Shown piece by piece: positions 1 to 9,450 of a stretch of DNA of 64,000 nucleotides. How positions within the stretch are numbered: the first letter of the stretch is position 1; the number at the start of each line of letters is the position of its first letter. The translations under genes and the position numbers were made by a program. The stretch lies in contig JAVJSW010000060.1 in the NCBI GenBank assembly GCA_040219255.1, positions 160,001-224,000 of the forward strand, written 5' to 3'. This DNA is from Sumerlaeia bacterium (GTDB lineage Bacteria; Sumerlaeota; Sumerlaeia; SLMS01; JAHLLQ01). The notes under the pieces were generated by a model that worked only from the letters and a program-made list of their open reading frames with translations, was not told where the DNA came from and did no database searches.

Positions 1-1
1 G

Positions 2-3000
2 CAAGAGGTCCGGCCCGATCTTTGGGAGGCACTTCGTCATCCGACGCCGATGATTTCCCTTCGCGGCTTGCGCTTCGCCGGGGTGCCTTTCTCGGATCGG
101 CTGCCGCCACTGACGGTAACTCTCAACGAACTGGAGATCGCGCGCCGCTCCAGCGCCTCGGAGCCGCTGACGGCGCACTTCACCGGCGTCGCCATCGCCG
201 GCAGCGCCGAGCCGATCCGGGGCACGCTCCGCCTCTTGCCGTTGGACAGGCAGGCGGCGCTGCGGCTCGACATCGCCGGCATTCGGGTGCCGCTTTTCAT
301 CCCGGGCTTCGGGGAAATCGAAGCCGCCAGCCGCGAGATCGAGGTCCTCCTCTCCATCGACGAGACAACGTCGGGACCGCTCTTCGTGCAGGCCGATCTG
401 CAACTCTCGCAGTTCTCCCTGACCGAATCGCGCCTCGGCGGCGAGCGCTGGGACGAGGACAAATTGAGCCTGCGCGTCACCGGTCTGATCGATCCGGCTC
501 GGGGGGTCTTCGAAGTTCAGCGGGTGGCGTTGCTGGGCGAAGGCATCGCCCTCGACGCCCGGGGAGAGATCACCCTGGCGGAGGGTTTGCCGGGGTCGGC
601 GCAGCTGCAGATCCGCCGCCTGCCGCCGGGCGTCCTGCGCATCGGGCGCGAGCAGGCGGCCCTGGCGGGTCTCGCCATCGAACCGGTGCCAGGGACCACG
701 CCGACGCTGGCCCTGGCGATGGAAGCCAGCGGCCCCTTTGGCGATCCACTGAACCTGACGATGAAAGGCGCGGTGGAGGCCGCCGGTTGGCAGATTTCCC
801 AGCCCACATGGCTCCTGCCGCTCGTACTGCGCGATGCGCGGGGAACCATTCAGAGCAGCCCCGAGGCGGTGTCCGTGGACTTCTCCACGCTGGACGTGCG
901 GCTGGGCCGGCTGGAGGCCGCGGCGAAACTCTCCATTCCCCTGGCCCTGGCGGAAGACGCCCGCACTACGGCCTCACTCGAGATTTCCGCCCGGGGCGAA
1001 CCGCAGGAGTTGATCGAGACGTTGCGTTCGCTTCAGATCATGCCGGTGGCACTCGAGAGTCTGACGATGCCGCTGACGTTGTTCGCGCGGGGCGAACTCC
1101 CGCTCCAGCGGCGCCGCGGCGCCTTTCTGCCTTGGCTGCCCAACGTCAGCCATTTCTTCTCCACCGGCGATTTCAGTCTTTCCTGGGGCCGGGGGAATGT
1201 GGCTTTGCGCGACCTGCCCACGTCCCTCGCCATGGAACCGGGCAGTGTGGTGCTCGATGGCGGGGAACTGCGGCTCCAGGGGATCGGTGTGGGCTATGGC
1301 GACCTCGCCCTGCGCGGCGGTTTTCGCATCGCGCCTCGCGATTGGTCGACGCTTCCGCTGTTCGGCCTCGCGGATTTCGAAGGGCAACTGTACGCCGATG
1401 GACCTGTACCGGAAATCGTCCAATTGGCGTCGCGCTTCGCCGATTTGCCGCCCCTGCTGGGCGGGGCGGAAGGCCTCCTTCGCGCTACGGTCTCGGCCCA
1501 GGGCCGCTACTGGCTCCCGGCGAGGCGGCTGGATTTGAACGACTACTCGGTCGACGCGAGCCTCGCCGATGGCCGCGTGGTGCTGCCTCTGCCCGATGCG
1601 GCCCTTGCGATCGACGATTTCGGATTCCAACTCGCGGCCGGGCCCGGCGGCGCCAGCATCCGATCCATCGAGGCGAAAATCCAAGGAGGCTCGGAACTGA
1701 CCGCCGAGGTGACCGCCGGACGCGACGCCATCGCCGTCGATTTCGCTGTCGATGGACCGGTGGCTTTGGCCGAGACGCTCTTTCCCTACGATCTGCGGGA
1801 CTTCGAAATCACGGGGACGGCAAAGGCGGAGGGCCGCGCCACATTGACCGCCACGAAGGCGCTGCCGCGGGGCCGGGACGTTCTGCGGCAATGGGCGGCG
1901 GCTTTCGCCCAGCCCCGGGACTACGGCCTTGGCATCGCGGCCGACGCGCCGCTGCGGATCGAGGCCAGCGGCCTCCTCAAGGCCGGGCCGGGGGTTTCCT
2001 TTACCCATCGGGACTTGCCCAATCCGGTCCGCGATATCCGCGGAGAAGTCGCCTTCGATCACAATGGCCTCTACTTTCGCGGAACGCGCGCCGACATCGG
2101 CAGCTCGAAGAACCTCTCGGTCAATGGCTCCCTGGCTTTCGGTCATGTGAAGGGGTACTCCGAACTGATCCTCGATGCGGAGGCGGATTATCTCGACATC
2201 AACGAGTGGATGTTTGGGTGGGGCGAGCAATCGTACGCCGAACGCCCTCGCCCCTCGCGGATGCGGCGGCCCTGGTTGCCCGGCCACGACCCGCGGCGGA
2301 TGTTCCGGCTGGACCTGAGCGCGCAGGTCGGCGAGACGCTGTTTCTGAAGGTGCCGGCCCAAAACGCGGTGGCGAACCTGCGCTACGAATTCTGGTTCGG
2401 CCGGCCTAACACGCTCGAACTGAGCCGCGTGCAAGCCGAACTCTACGGCGGCCGGATCGAAGGCGAGGGGAACATCGGGTTTCCCGTGGATTGGCGCGAG
2501 ATGGCGGACTTCGACCTCATCGCGTCCGTTTGGGATGCTCAGGCTCAAGGGTTTCTGCGAGACATTTCCGAGAGCGGCGACATCGACTTTCGCGGGCTCT
2601 TCAATACTGAGAATGCGATTCTGCGGGGCAAGATCGGCGATTTCGCCACCTGGACCGGCCAGGGCGATTTCACGATCCGCCGCAGCAACATGATCGGATC
2701 GGTGACGCTGCGCCAACTGATGGGGGCGCTGAATCTGTGGCGGGGCGAAATCGAGCCGACCACGATCAGCGGTTCCGTTCTGGTCAGCGAATTGGTGGCG
2801 CGGTTTCCGGAAGTGCGCGCCGAAACCGAGCAGGTGCAACTGATTGGCGATGGCGCCGTGGATTTCAACGGCCGGCTGGACTTCATCGTGCGGGCCTATC
2901 TGCTGGCGAACCGGCTGGAGGGCGTGCCGTTGCTGGGCCGCGTCAGCGATCTCGCCAGCCGTCTCGGCGACCGCCTGGTGAAGTATCAGGTGACGGGGAC

Positions 3001-3148
3001 GCTGGGCGACTTCGAAGTCCGCACCGTGCCTCTGGGCATGGAAGACCGCGACCCGGTGGCGCCGGAGACGCTGTCGGCGGAAGAAGCCCGCGAAAGCGGC
3101 CGGGGCGTTCTCGGCCGAGGCTTGCGTTTCGCGGTGAAACGGGAGTAA
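2..3148 (+). CDS. Large AsmA/TamB-like (repeating beta-groove) envelope protein, 5'-truncated by the window edge
   Basis: The frame is open from base 2 (QEVRPDLWEALRHPTP then MISL...). It has >1000 aa of alternating amphipathic beta strands. The C-terminus is AsmA_2-like (ELYGGRIEGEG...LIGDGAVDFNGRLDF...VKYQVTGTLGD). Confidence 0.7.
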   Translation, partial: QEVRPDLWEALRHPTPMISLRGLRFAGVPFSDRLPPLTVTLNELEIARRSSASEPLTAHFTGVAIAGSAEPIRGTLRLLPLDRQAALRLDIAGIRVPLFIPGFGEIEAASREIEVLLSIDETTSGPLFVQADLQLSQFSLTESRLGGERWDEDKLSLRVTGLIDPARGVFEVQRVALLGEGIALDARGEITLAEGLPGSAQLQIRRLPPGVLRIGREQAALAGLAIEPVPGTTPTLALAMEASGPFGDPLNLTMKGAVEAAGWQISQPTWLLPLVLRDARGTIQSSPEAVSVDFSTLDVRLGRLEAAAKLSIPLALAEDARTTASLEISARGEPQELIETLRSLQIMPVALESLTMPLTLFARGELPLQRRRGAFLPWLPNVSHFFSTGDFSLSWGRGNVALRDLPTSLAMEPGSVVLDGGELRLQGIGVGYGDLALRGGFRIAPRDWSTLPLFGLADFEGQLYADGPVPEIVQLASRFADLPPLLGGAEGLLRATVSAQGRYWLPARRLDLNDYSVDASLADGRVVLPLPDAALAIDDFGFQLAAGPGGASIRSIEAKIQGGSELTAEVTAGRDAIAVDFAVDGPVALAETLFPYDLRDFEITGTAKAEGRATLTATKALPRGRDVLRQWAAAFAQPRDYGLGIAADAPLRIEASGLLKAGPGVSFTHRDLPNPVRDIRGEVAFDHNGLYFRGTRADIGSSKNLSVNGSLAFGHVKGYSELILDAEADYLDINEWMFGWGEQSYAERPRPSRMRRPWLPGHDPRRMFRLDLSAQVGETLFLKVPAQNAVANLRYEFWFGRPNTLELSRVQAELYGGRIEGEGNIGFPVDWREMADFDLIASVWDAQAQGFLRDISESGDIDFRGLFNTENAILRGKIGDFATWTGQGDFTIRRSNMIGSVTLRQLMGALNLWRGEIEPTTISGSVLVSELVARFPEVRAETEQVQLIGDGAVDFNGRLDFIVRAYLLANRLEGVPLLGRVSDLASRLGDRLVKYQVTGTLGDFEVRTVPLGMEDRDPVAPETLSAEEARESGRGVLGRGLRFAVKRE

Positions 3149-3279
3149 CCGCGACTCCTCGCCGGTCAGGAACGCTGCGCCTGATCCTTCGGCAGACGAT
3201 TATTTGGCCACAGATGGCGCAGAGCCACGCAGATGGAGATGAGCACGTGATGCAGACAGAATCAGGGAAACCACTGACT

Positions 3280-3753
3280 CTACACCGCGAACTGCGTCAG
3301 GTGATGGTCGAAGTGCCGGCCGTGGAAGACGCACCACTGCGTGATCGGCAGGACTCCGAACATGGGGTGGGGCGCCGACTTCTTGGGGTTGGCGTCGGCG
3401 AATTCGGCCCAGGCTTCCATGGTGGCGGTCAGCTTGGCGATTTCTTCGGAAAAATCGTCCTCGGCCGGCGCGGTCAGCTTGCTGGTGACTTTGATCTTGC
3501 CGCGGGGCCAGGTGAGGCGGTGGAGCAGCAGCCAGCGGATCGGGGGCAGGCTCATGACGGGATGGGGCTTTGCGGTGGGGCCGCCGCCCGGCTCCATGGT
3601 GTAGACGAGTGCGCGGCGCAAATGGGCCACCATCGTCGTGGCGTCGAGTTCGCCCCATTGGCCCCGGTGCTCGGGCGTCAGCCGATGGAGGCGGGCCGTG
3701 TAATGATCGAGGTAGGCCCGGCGAAGCGGAGGAGGAGTGGAAAACAGGACCAT
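3280..3753 (-). CDS. DinB-like / DUF1569 family protein
   Basis: Motifs 'QWGELDATTMVAHL' and 'HPMFGVLPITQW...HFDHHLTQF' give the His pattern typical of the DinB superfamily. Confidence 0.75.
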   Translation of the reverse strand: MVLFSTPPPLRRAYLDHYTARLHRLTPEHRGQWGELDATTMVAHLRRALVYTMEPGGGPTAKPHPVMSLPPIRWLLLHRLTWPRGKIKVTSKLTAPAEDDFSEEIAKLTATMEAWAEFADANPKKSAPHPMFGVLPITQWCVFHGRHFDHHLTQFAV

Positions 3754-3791
3754 AGAAAAACCTGGGAAGGGAAGACGGTTGGACCTGAGGC

Positions 3792-4205
3792 TTAGGAGGA
3801 GGCCGCTCCGCCGCCGCTGCTGGCCATGGCGCGATCGACGACATCGAGGAGATCGGGGATCTTGAAGGGCTTGGTGAGGTATTCGAAGGCGCCTTCGCGG
3901 ATGACTTCCAGGTAGATCTCCATGTCTGTGAAGGCGGTGATCATGACGACCTTCAGGCCCGGGCGGAGCTGGCGCGCCTCGCGCAACACCTCGATGCCGT
4001 CTTTGCCTGGCATGCGGATGTCGGTGATCAGCAGATCGCAGGAGACGCCGTTGCGCAGATAATCGACCGCGTCCTGGCCGTGTTGGGCGGTGGTGACGGA
4101 GAAGCCTTCGCGCGTCAGGACTTTGGACAGCAGGGCGCGCATCTCCGGGTCGTCTTCGGCCACGAGCAAGTGCAGCGTTTCGTGTTGAGTGTCCGGACTG
4201 CTCAT
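3792..4205 (-). CDS. Single-domain response regulator (CheY-like receiver)
   Basis: LVAEDD, LLITDIRMPGKDG (phospho-Asp), MITA, YLTKPF. Confidence 0.9.
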   Translation of the reverse strand: MSSPDTQHETLHLLVAEDDPEMRALLSKVLTREGFSVTTAQHGQDAVDYLRNGVSCDLLITDIRMPGKDGIEVLREARQLRPGLKVVMITAFTDMEIYLEVIREGAFEYLTKPFKIPDLLDVVDRAMASSGGGAASS

Positions 4206-4260
4206 GAGGGAGTTGCCAGGGGGACCTTGCGTGGAATGCGAAGCGGCCGGCTCCGGATGG

Positions 4261-4473
4261 TTAGAGGCCGATCCCGGTTTCTTCGTGGGATTGGATGATA
4301 TGGCTGTTGATGAGGATCACCAGCGCTTCCGCTTCTTCCTCCGTGCAGCGGTAGGTGCGTCCGTCGATGAAGTGGATGGTCGTGTGGCTGGCATTTTCGT
4401 CTTCGTAGACTTCGATGCGGTTCACGCAATCCAGGTTGATAATCTGCGACTTCGAAAGTTTGATGAACTGCAT
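4261..4473 (-). CDS. Small hypothetical protein, FlbD/SwrD-like pattern
   Basis: 70-aa ORF, co-oriented with the receiver gene. 'FIKL...INLDCVNRIE...TTIHFIDGRTY' resembles the FlbD-type small beta domain. Confidence 0.5.
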   Translation of the reverse strand: MQFIKLSKSQIINLDCVNRIEVYEDENASHTTIHFIDGRTYRCTEEEAEALVILINSHIIQSHEETGIGL

Positions 4474-4679
4474 GGTAAACCAGCCGTGTCCCTTGCCGTG
4501 GTGTCCGGGGAAAATCTCTAACGCCGTTAGATGGGGTCAGGAGGCGGGTTTGTAAAGAGGTTTCCAAACCGGACAGCGCCGGACCGCCTTCTCGCCCAGG
4601 CATTGACGCCGGACCGCTCTTTGCTGCATCTCTCCCCAGCTCGATCGGGCACAAGTCAAATTGCCGGAATTGTTTCCCC

Positions 4680-5300
4680 ATGTCACTCTTCGAAAAATTC
4701 AAGAAAGCCGACGCCCAGGCTCGTTCCGACGCCGACCGCACGCCGCCGGGCCAGCACCTGACCAAGGGCTTCCCGGTGCTGACCTACGGCCCCGTGCCTT
4801 CCATCCCGCAGCAGGAATGGACCTGCCGGCTGTTCGGTCTTGTCGAACGGGAAACCATGGTGACGTGGGACGAGCTGATGGCCATGCCGCAAACCACCGT
4901 CACCCGCGACATCCACTGCGTCACGACCTGGTCGAAACTCGACACCACCTGGACCGGCGTGCTGGTGCGCGATTTCCTCCAGGCCGTCGAGGACAAGGCC
5001 GGCGGCGTCGCCCCCCAGGCCACCCACGTCATGCAGCATTGCTACGGCGGCTACACGACGAACACGCCGCTGGCCGACCTGCTGGAAGAGGACGTGTTGC
5101 TGGCGCACACTTACGATGGCGAGCCCCTGGCGCAAGAGCACGGCGGGCCGGTGCGGCTAGTGCTGCCGAAGCTTTACTTCTGGAAGAGCGCCAAGTGGAT
5201 CAACGGCCTGGAGTTCCTGCCGGAGGACCGGCCCGGTTTCTGGGAACGTTACGGTTACCACAACTACGGCGATCCGTGGAGGGAAGAGCGTTTTGGTTGA
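4680..5300 (+). CDS. Sulfite-oxidase-like molybdopterin oxidoreductase (YuiH-like)
   Basis: PPGQ, DIHCVTTWSKLD (Mo-ligand Cys), HGGPVRL, YFWKSAKW, GFWE..GYH..GDPW.EERF. Confidence 0.9.
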   Translation: MSLFEKFKKADAQARSDADRTPPGQHLTKGFPVLTYGPVPSIPQQEWTCRLFGLVERETMVTWDELMAMPQTTVTRDIHCVTTWSKLDTTWTGVLVRDFLQAVEDKAGGVAPQATHVMQHCYGGYTTNTPLADLLEEDVLLAHTYDGEPLAQEHGGPVRLVLPKLYFWKSAKWINGLEFLPEDRPGFWERYGYHNYGDPWREERFG

Positions 5301-5994
5301 TCTGCCCCGCTTGCGCCTGTCCGAGGGCGCGATCTACCCCATCACCCACCGGGGTTTCACCGGTTTCCCGCACGAGGAGCAGGTGCGGCGGTTGCTCCGC
5401 GCTGGGGCGAAGCTGATCCAGGTGCGCGAGAAGGAGCCGAAGCCCGATTTCCCCTGGGACCTGCGGCGTTGTGCCGAGCTGTGCCGCGAAGCGGGGGCTT
5501 CGCTGATCGTGAACGACGACCCAGAGGCGGCGCTCGCCGCCGGGGCCGCGGGGGTGCATCTTGGCCAGGAGGACGCCTCCCCGGGCGAAGTCCGCCGCCG
5601 CGTGGGCGACCTGCTGCTGATCGGTCTCTCGACGCACAACACGGAGCAATTGAGGCGGGCCCTGTCGGAGCCCGTTGACTACATCGCTGTCGGGCCGGTC
5701 TTCGGCACCACGACCAAGGAAAACCCCGACCCGGCGACGGGCATGCACCTCGTGCGCGAGGCCGCGGACTTGGTTCCCCGCACGGGCAAGCGGCTGGTCG
5801 TCATCGGCGGCATCACGCCGCGAAACCTGCCCGATCTGCTTCAAGCCGCTCCCATGGCGATTCCGGCGGTCATCGGTGGCATTATGAAGGCGCCGGACAT
5901 CGGCCTGGCCTATCAGACGATGCAGCGCGTCATGGAGGACGCTCTGCACGGCCAGCGCCCGCGCCGGTCAGCTCCGCAAACGTTTCTCACCTAA
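5293..5994 (+). CDS. thiE: Thiamine-phosphate synthase
   Basis: IQVREK, IVNDD, GVHLGQED, IGLSTH, DYIAVGPVFGTTTK, VVIGGI. The TTG start overlaps the upstream stop. Confidence 0.85.
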   Translation: MVDLPRLRLSEGAIYPITHRGFTGFPHEEQVRRLLRAGAKLIQVREKEPKPDFPWDLRRCAELCREAGASLIVNDDPEAALAAGAAGVHLGQEDASPGEVRRRVGDLLLIGLSTHNTEQLRRALSEPVDYIAVGPVFGTTTKENPDPATGMHLVREAADLVPRTGKRLVVIGGITPRNLPDLLQAAPMAIPAVIGGIMKAPDIGLAYQTMQRVMEDALHGQRPRRSAPQTFLT

Positions 5995-7148
5995 TCGGAT
6001 TTGAAGTGCCGGCCCTTCTTGCCTTCGCGGCGGGACTTGCGGTGCGGGCGGCCGCGTTTGCGCCCTTCCCGGTCCATGATGGCGGCGCGGCGCCGGTCGG
6101 CCTCCGCCCGCTCGTCTTGCAGCCGCAGGTAGCTGTCGAAGCGCGAGGGTTCCAGCTCGCCGGACTCGATGGCCTCGCGGATCGCGCAGCCCGGTTCCTC
6201 CTCGTGCGTGCAGTCGCTGAAGCGGCAGCGGGCCGCCAGCTCCTCCACCTCGCGAAAGGCTTCGTCGAGGGCGTCGTCCTCGCTGGCGGCGAGCTGCACT
6301 TCGCGCACCCCGGGCGAGTCGATGACGATGCCGCCGCCGCAGAAGCTTCCCGGCTCCAGCAGGATCATCTCGCGTTGCGTGGTGGTGTGGCGGCCGCGGC
6401 CGGTGGATTCGTTGAGCCCACCCGTCGCCTGCAACTCGTCCTGCGCCAAGGCATTGACCAGTGTGGACTTCCCTGTGCCGGAGGAGCCGGCGAAGACGAC
6501 GGTCCGGCCCGGCGCGATGTACTTCCGCAGGACGCCGAGGCCCAGGCTGTGCTCGGCGCTGATCGCATGGATGGGGGCGTCGCCGGCGACTTCCGCGACT
6601 TCCGCCACGGAAGTTTCGAGGAGTTCCGGTTCGTCGGCGAAGAGGTCCGCCTTGTTCAGCAGGATGACGGGTTGGGCGCCGCTTTCCCGCGTGATGACCA
6701 GAAAGCGTTCGATCCGGCGCACGTTGAAATCGTCGTCCAGGCCCATGACCACGAACACCACGTCGACGTTGGCGGCCAAAACCTGATGCTCCGAGACAGT
6801 GCCTTTGCGTTTGCGCATCAGGCAGGTGCGCCGGGCAAGCACCGCCTGGATACGCCATTCGTTGTCGTGCTCGTGTTTGGACAGCGCCACCCAATCGCCG
6901 ACGACCGGCAGTTCGGCTTCCGATTCGGCCTGGTGCATCAGGATTTTCTTGATGCGGGCGACCGCCTCGCCTTCCTCCGTCAGGACGGCGTATTGGCCTT
7001 TATGGCGGACGGCGACGCGGGCGGGCGTGGCTCCTTGTTTGGCCCAGGGCGCGAACTCGCTCTCCCATCGCGCGTCCCATCCGAGATTTTCGAAAAAGAG
7101 GTTTCTGTGAGTCAGCAAAACGTCCTCGGTCAGATAGGCAGCGCGCAA
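5991..7148 (-). CDS. rsgA: Ribosome small subunit-dependent GTPase A
   Basis: PVVGDWV OB fold, circularly permuted G motifs (NKAD, GSSGTGKST, GRHTTT, DSPG) and the zinc finger CRFSDCTHEEEPGC. The start position is uncertain. Confidence 0.93.
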   Translation of the reverse strand: MRAAYLTEDVLLTHRNLFFENLGWDARWESEFAPWAKQGATPARVAVRHKGQYAVLTEEGEAVARIKKILMHQAESEAELPVVGDWVALSKHEHDNEWRIQAVLARRTCLMRKRKGTVSEHQVLAANVDVVFVVMGLDDDFNVRRIERFLVITRESGAQPVILLNKADLFADEPELLETSVAEVAEVAGDAPIHAISAEHSLGLGVLRKYIAPGRTVVFAGSSGTGKSTLVNALAQDELQATGGLNESTGRGRHTTTQREMILLEPGSFCGGGIVIDSPGVREVQLAASEDDALDEAFREVEELAARCRFSDCTHEEEPGCAIREAIESGELEPSRFDSYLRLQDERAEADRRRAAIMDREGRKRGRPHRKSRREGKKGRHFKSD

Positions 7149-7277
7149 ATTCTACCCCCCCTGGGCTGCGAAAGGCAAGCCGCATCGGCGCCGTTGGAAT
7201 GGTTCTGGTGAAGGCGCAGGGGGGCGAGCCGGCCTCCGCGGAGGAGCGGCGCCCAATTCCCGGAGGTTCCCCAGTCC

Positions 7278-8204
7278 ATGATTCCAATCGACGGCCACCA
7301 CGGCATCGGCAGCACCCTGCAAGGAAACGTCACCGGCAGGCTCGCGGGCAAAACCGCCCTCGTCACCGGCGGCGGAACCGGCATCGGCGAAGCCATCGCT
7401 CACAAATTCGCCTACGAAGGCGCCGCCGTTCTAGTGGCCGGTCTGCCCGGCGATCCGGTGGAGGACGTGGCGGAGTGCATCCGCCGCGCTGGTGGTATGG
7501 CGGAGTCCTTTGAAGGCGACCTGGCGGACCCGGCGCGGGCGGAAGCCTGTGTCGACAGGGCCGTGCAGGCCTTCGGCAAGCTGGACATTCTGGTGAATAA
7601 TGCCGGCGTTTACCAGACGACTGGCGCGACCGAGGATTTCCCGGTCGAGGACTTCGACCGGATGTTCCGCGACAATGTACGGTCGGCGTTCCTGATGACC
7701 AAATACGCCCTGCCGTATCTGCAAAGCGCCCAGGGCAACGTGATCGCCACGGGTTCGGAAGCGGGCGAGCTGGGCATGCCCAAGAGTTCGCCCTATGGCG
7801 GCACCAAGGGCTTCGTGCACGCCTTTATCCGGGGCGTGGCGGCGGAGCAGGCCCCCCACGGCGTGCGGGCCAACTGCGTGTGCTGTGGACCGATGGACAC
7901 GCAGTGGCATCAGGTCGAGGAGTCGGCCACGACAAAGGAAATGGAGAAGGGGACTCTGCAGGCGGTCGTTATGGGGCGGCGCGGCAATCCAGAAGAGGCG
8001 GCCAACGTGTTCGCCTTTGTGGCGAGCGACGAAGCGAGCTTTATGACCGGCTCGCTCGTCTATGTGGATGGCGGGATTTCCATCAGCCGGGGCGACATGG
8101 GAAGTCAAATCCCGGAGCCGATGCGCCAGACGCCGGAGGGACGCTTTCCCCTGCGGGCCCATGAAAAGGAAGGCAACGAAGGCAAGACCATGACAAAGCT
8201 GTGA
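7278..8204 (+). CDS. Short-chain dehydrogenase/reductase (SDR)
   Basis: TGGGTGIG, NNAG, YGGTK (YxxxK), VDGG. Confidence 0.9.
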   Translation: MIPIDGHHGIGSTLQGNVTGRLAGKTALVTGGGTGIGEAIAHKFAYEGAAVLVAGLPGDPVEDVAECIRRAGGMAESFEGDLADPARAEACVDRAVQAFGKLDILVNNAGVYQTTGATEDFPVEDFDRMFRDNVRSAFLMTKYALPYLQSAQGNVIATGSEAGELGMPKSSPYGGTKGFVHAFIRGVAAEQAPHGVRANCVCCGPMDTQWHQVEESATTKEMEKGTLQAVVMGRRGNPEEAANVFAFVASDEASFMTGSLVYVDGGISISRGDMGSQIPEPMRQTPEGRFPLRAHEKEGNEGKTMTKL

Positions 8205-8321
8205 CGCTTTCGCCTTGCCGCTGGCCAGCCCCATCCGGGCAAAGTGCCGCCGCCCGGCCGCGTCTCATCCACGCGCCGAGGCGGCATCATCTTGCCCTCC
8301 CTGCACGCGAGCGACCCGATC

Positions 8322-9401
8322 ATGGCCGAGACTCCGACCTCTGACGACATGAAAACGAAAGATCAAGCCCCCCCTTCGCCGGTCACTGAGGATACAAACT
8401 TCCTCCGCACCGTCATCGGCGGGTTCCTTATGGGCGTGGCCAACATCATCCCTGGCGTGTCCGGCGGGACGATGCTGCTGGCGACCGGCATCTACGAGCG
8501 CTTTGTCGAGTCGGTGGCCGACTTGACCAAGTTCAAGGGCTTCAAGAAGGCGCTCCTTGGCGAAGGGAGCGCCGCGTCGCTGTTGAACCCGATCGCGCTC
8601 TTTTCCGCGCTGGTCCGGCTCCTCAAACTGCCTCACGTGCTCTTCATCGCCATCGTCGGCTTCAGCGCCGTGATCTCGATCCTCGTGGCGAACAAGCCCA
8701 TCAATCTCGGCCTGACCCATGTGCATCACCTGATGTACGCGCTGTTCATCGGGCTGACGCTGGGCGGGGTACCGCTGTTGTGGAAAGAAATCAAGATCAA
8801 CGCGGTGTCGATCGCCGCGATCGTCGCGGGTATTCTGATCATGGCGGGGATCGCCCTGATCAGCGGCGTCGCCCTGCCGCGCAACTTCGTCGTTTTCTTC
8901 ATCGCAGGGATTCTGGCCAGCATGGCGATGGTGCTGCCGGGCATCAGCGGTTCATACCTGCTGCTGATTTTTGGGCTCTACTATCCGATTTCCAAAGCCA
9001 TCGAGGACCTGAAGGAAGCCCTGAAAGCCACCTCCTTCGCCGATGTTTTCGCCATCGGATTTTCCATCATCTTGCCGGTCGGTCTCGGCGTGCTGGAGGG
9101 CATCGCGGCGCTGACGAATATCTTGAAGGCATTGCTGCACCGCTTCCACAACGCGACCATGGGCGTGCTGCTGGGGTTGCTGCTGGGAAGCGTCCTCGGA
9201 CTCTACCCCTTCAAGGCGCTAAAGGATGTCGAAAAAGACGAAGCAACCGGCAAAGCCGTCCCGGTCGAAGTCGCTCCCGCCAAGCCCGCCACGCCCGCCA
9301 ACATCGCGCTGGTGCTGCTGATGATCGGCGTCGGTTTTGCCGGGACTTACGCGGTCAGCCGCATTGGCAACAAAGAAGGCGAACAAAGCGCCGTCGCCTG
9401 A
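8322..9401 (+). CDS. DUF368 family membrane protein (undecaprenyl-phosphate translocase family)
   Basis: Duplicated signature 'GVANIIPGVSGGTM' and 'AMVLPGISGSYLLL', with multiple TM helices. Confidence 0.85.
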   Translation: MAETPTSDDMKTKDQAPPSPVTEDTNFLRTVIGGFLMGVANIIPGVSGGTMLLATGIYERFVESVADLTKFKGFKKALLGEGSAASLLNPIALFSALVRLLKLPHVLFIAIVGFSAVISILVANKPINLGLTHVHHLMYALFIGLTLGGVPLLWKEIKINAVSIAAIVAGILIMAGIALISGVALPRNFVVFFIAGILASMAMVLPGISGSYLLLIFGLYYPISKAIEDLKEALKATSFADVFAIGFSIILPVGLGVLEGIAALTNILKALLHRFHNATMGVLLGLLLGSVLGLYPFKALKDVEKDEATGKAVPVEVAPAKPATPANIALVLLMIGVGFAGTYAVSRIGNKEGEQSAVA

Positions 9402-9450
9402 GTTTGACTCCGGCGGGGCGCCGGGGCGAGTCTGCCCCAGACTTTCCGCC

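Noticed and set aside
22-2839. Long alternative-frame ORFs (22..2409 +, 974..2839 -) and similar ones throughout the window (e.g. 24560..27133, 49970..51961, 58704..60770)
   Set aside because: These are Arg/Gly/Pro-rich shadow ORFs expected in high-GC DNA. They overlap genes with clear family motifs.
4474-4679. TPP or Moco riboswitch upstream of the oxidoreductase-thiE operon
   Set aside because: No CTGAGA core or other recognisable aptamer signature was found.
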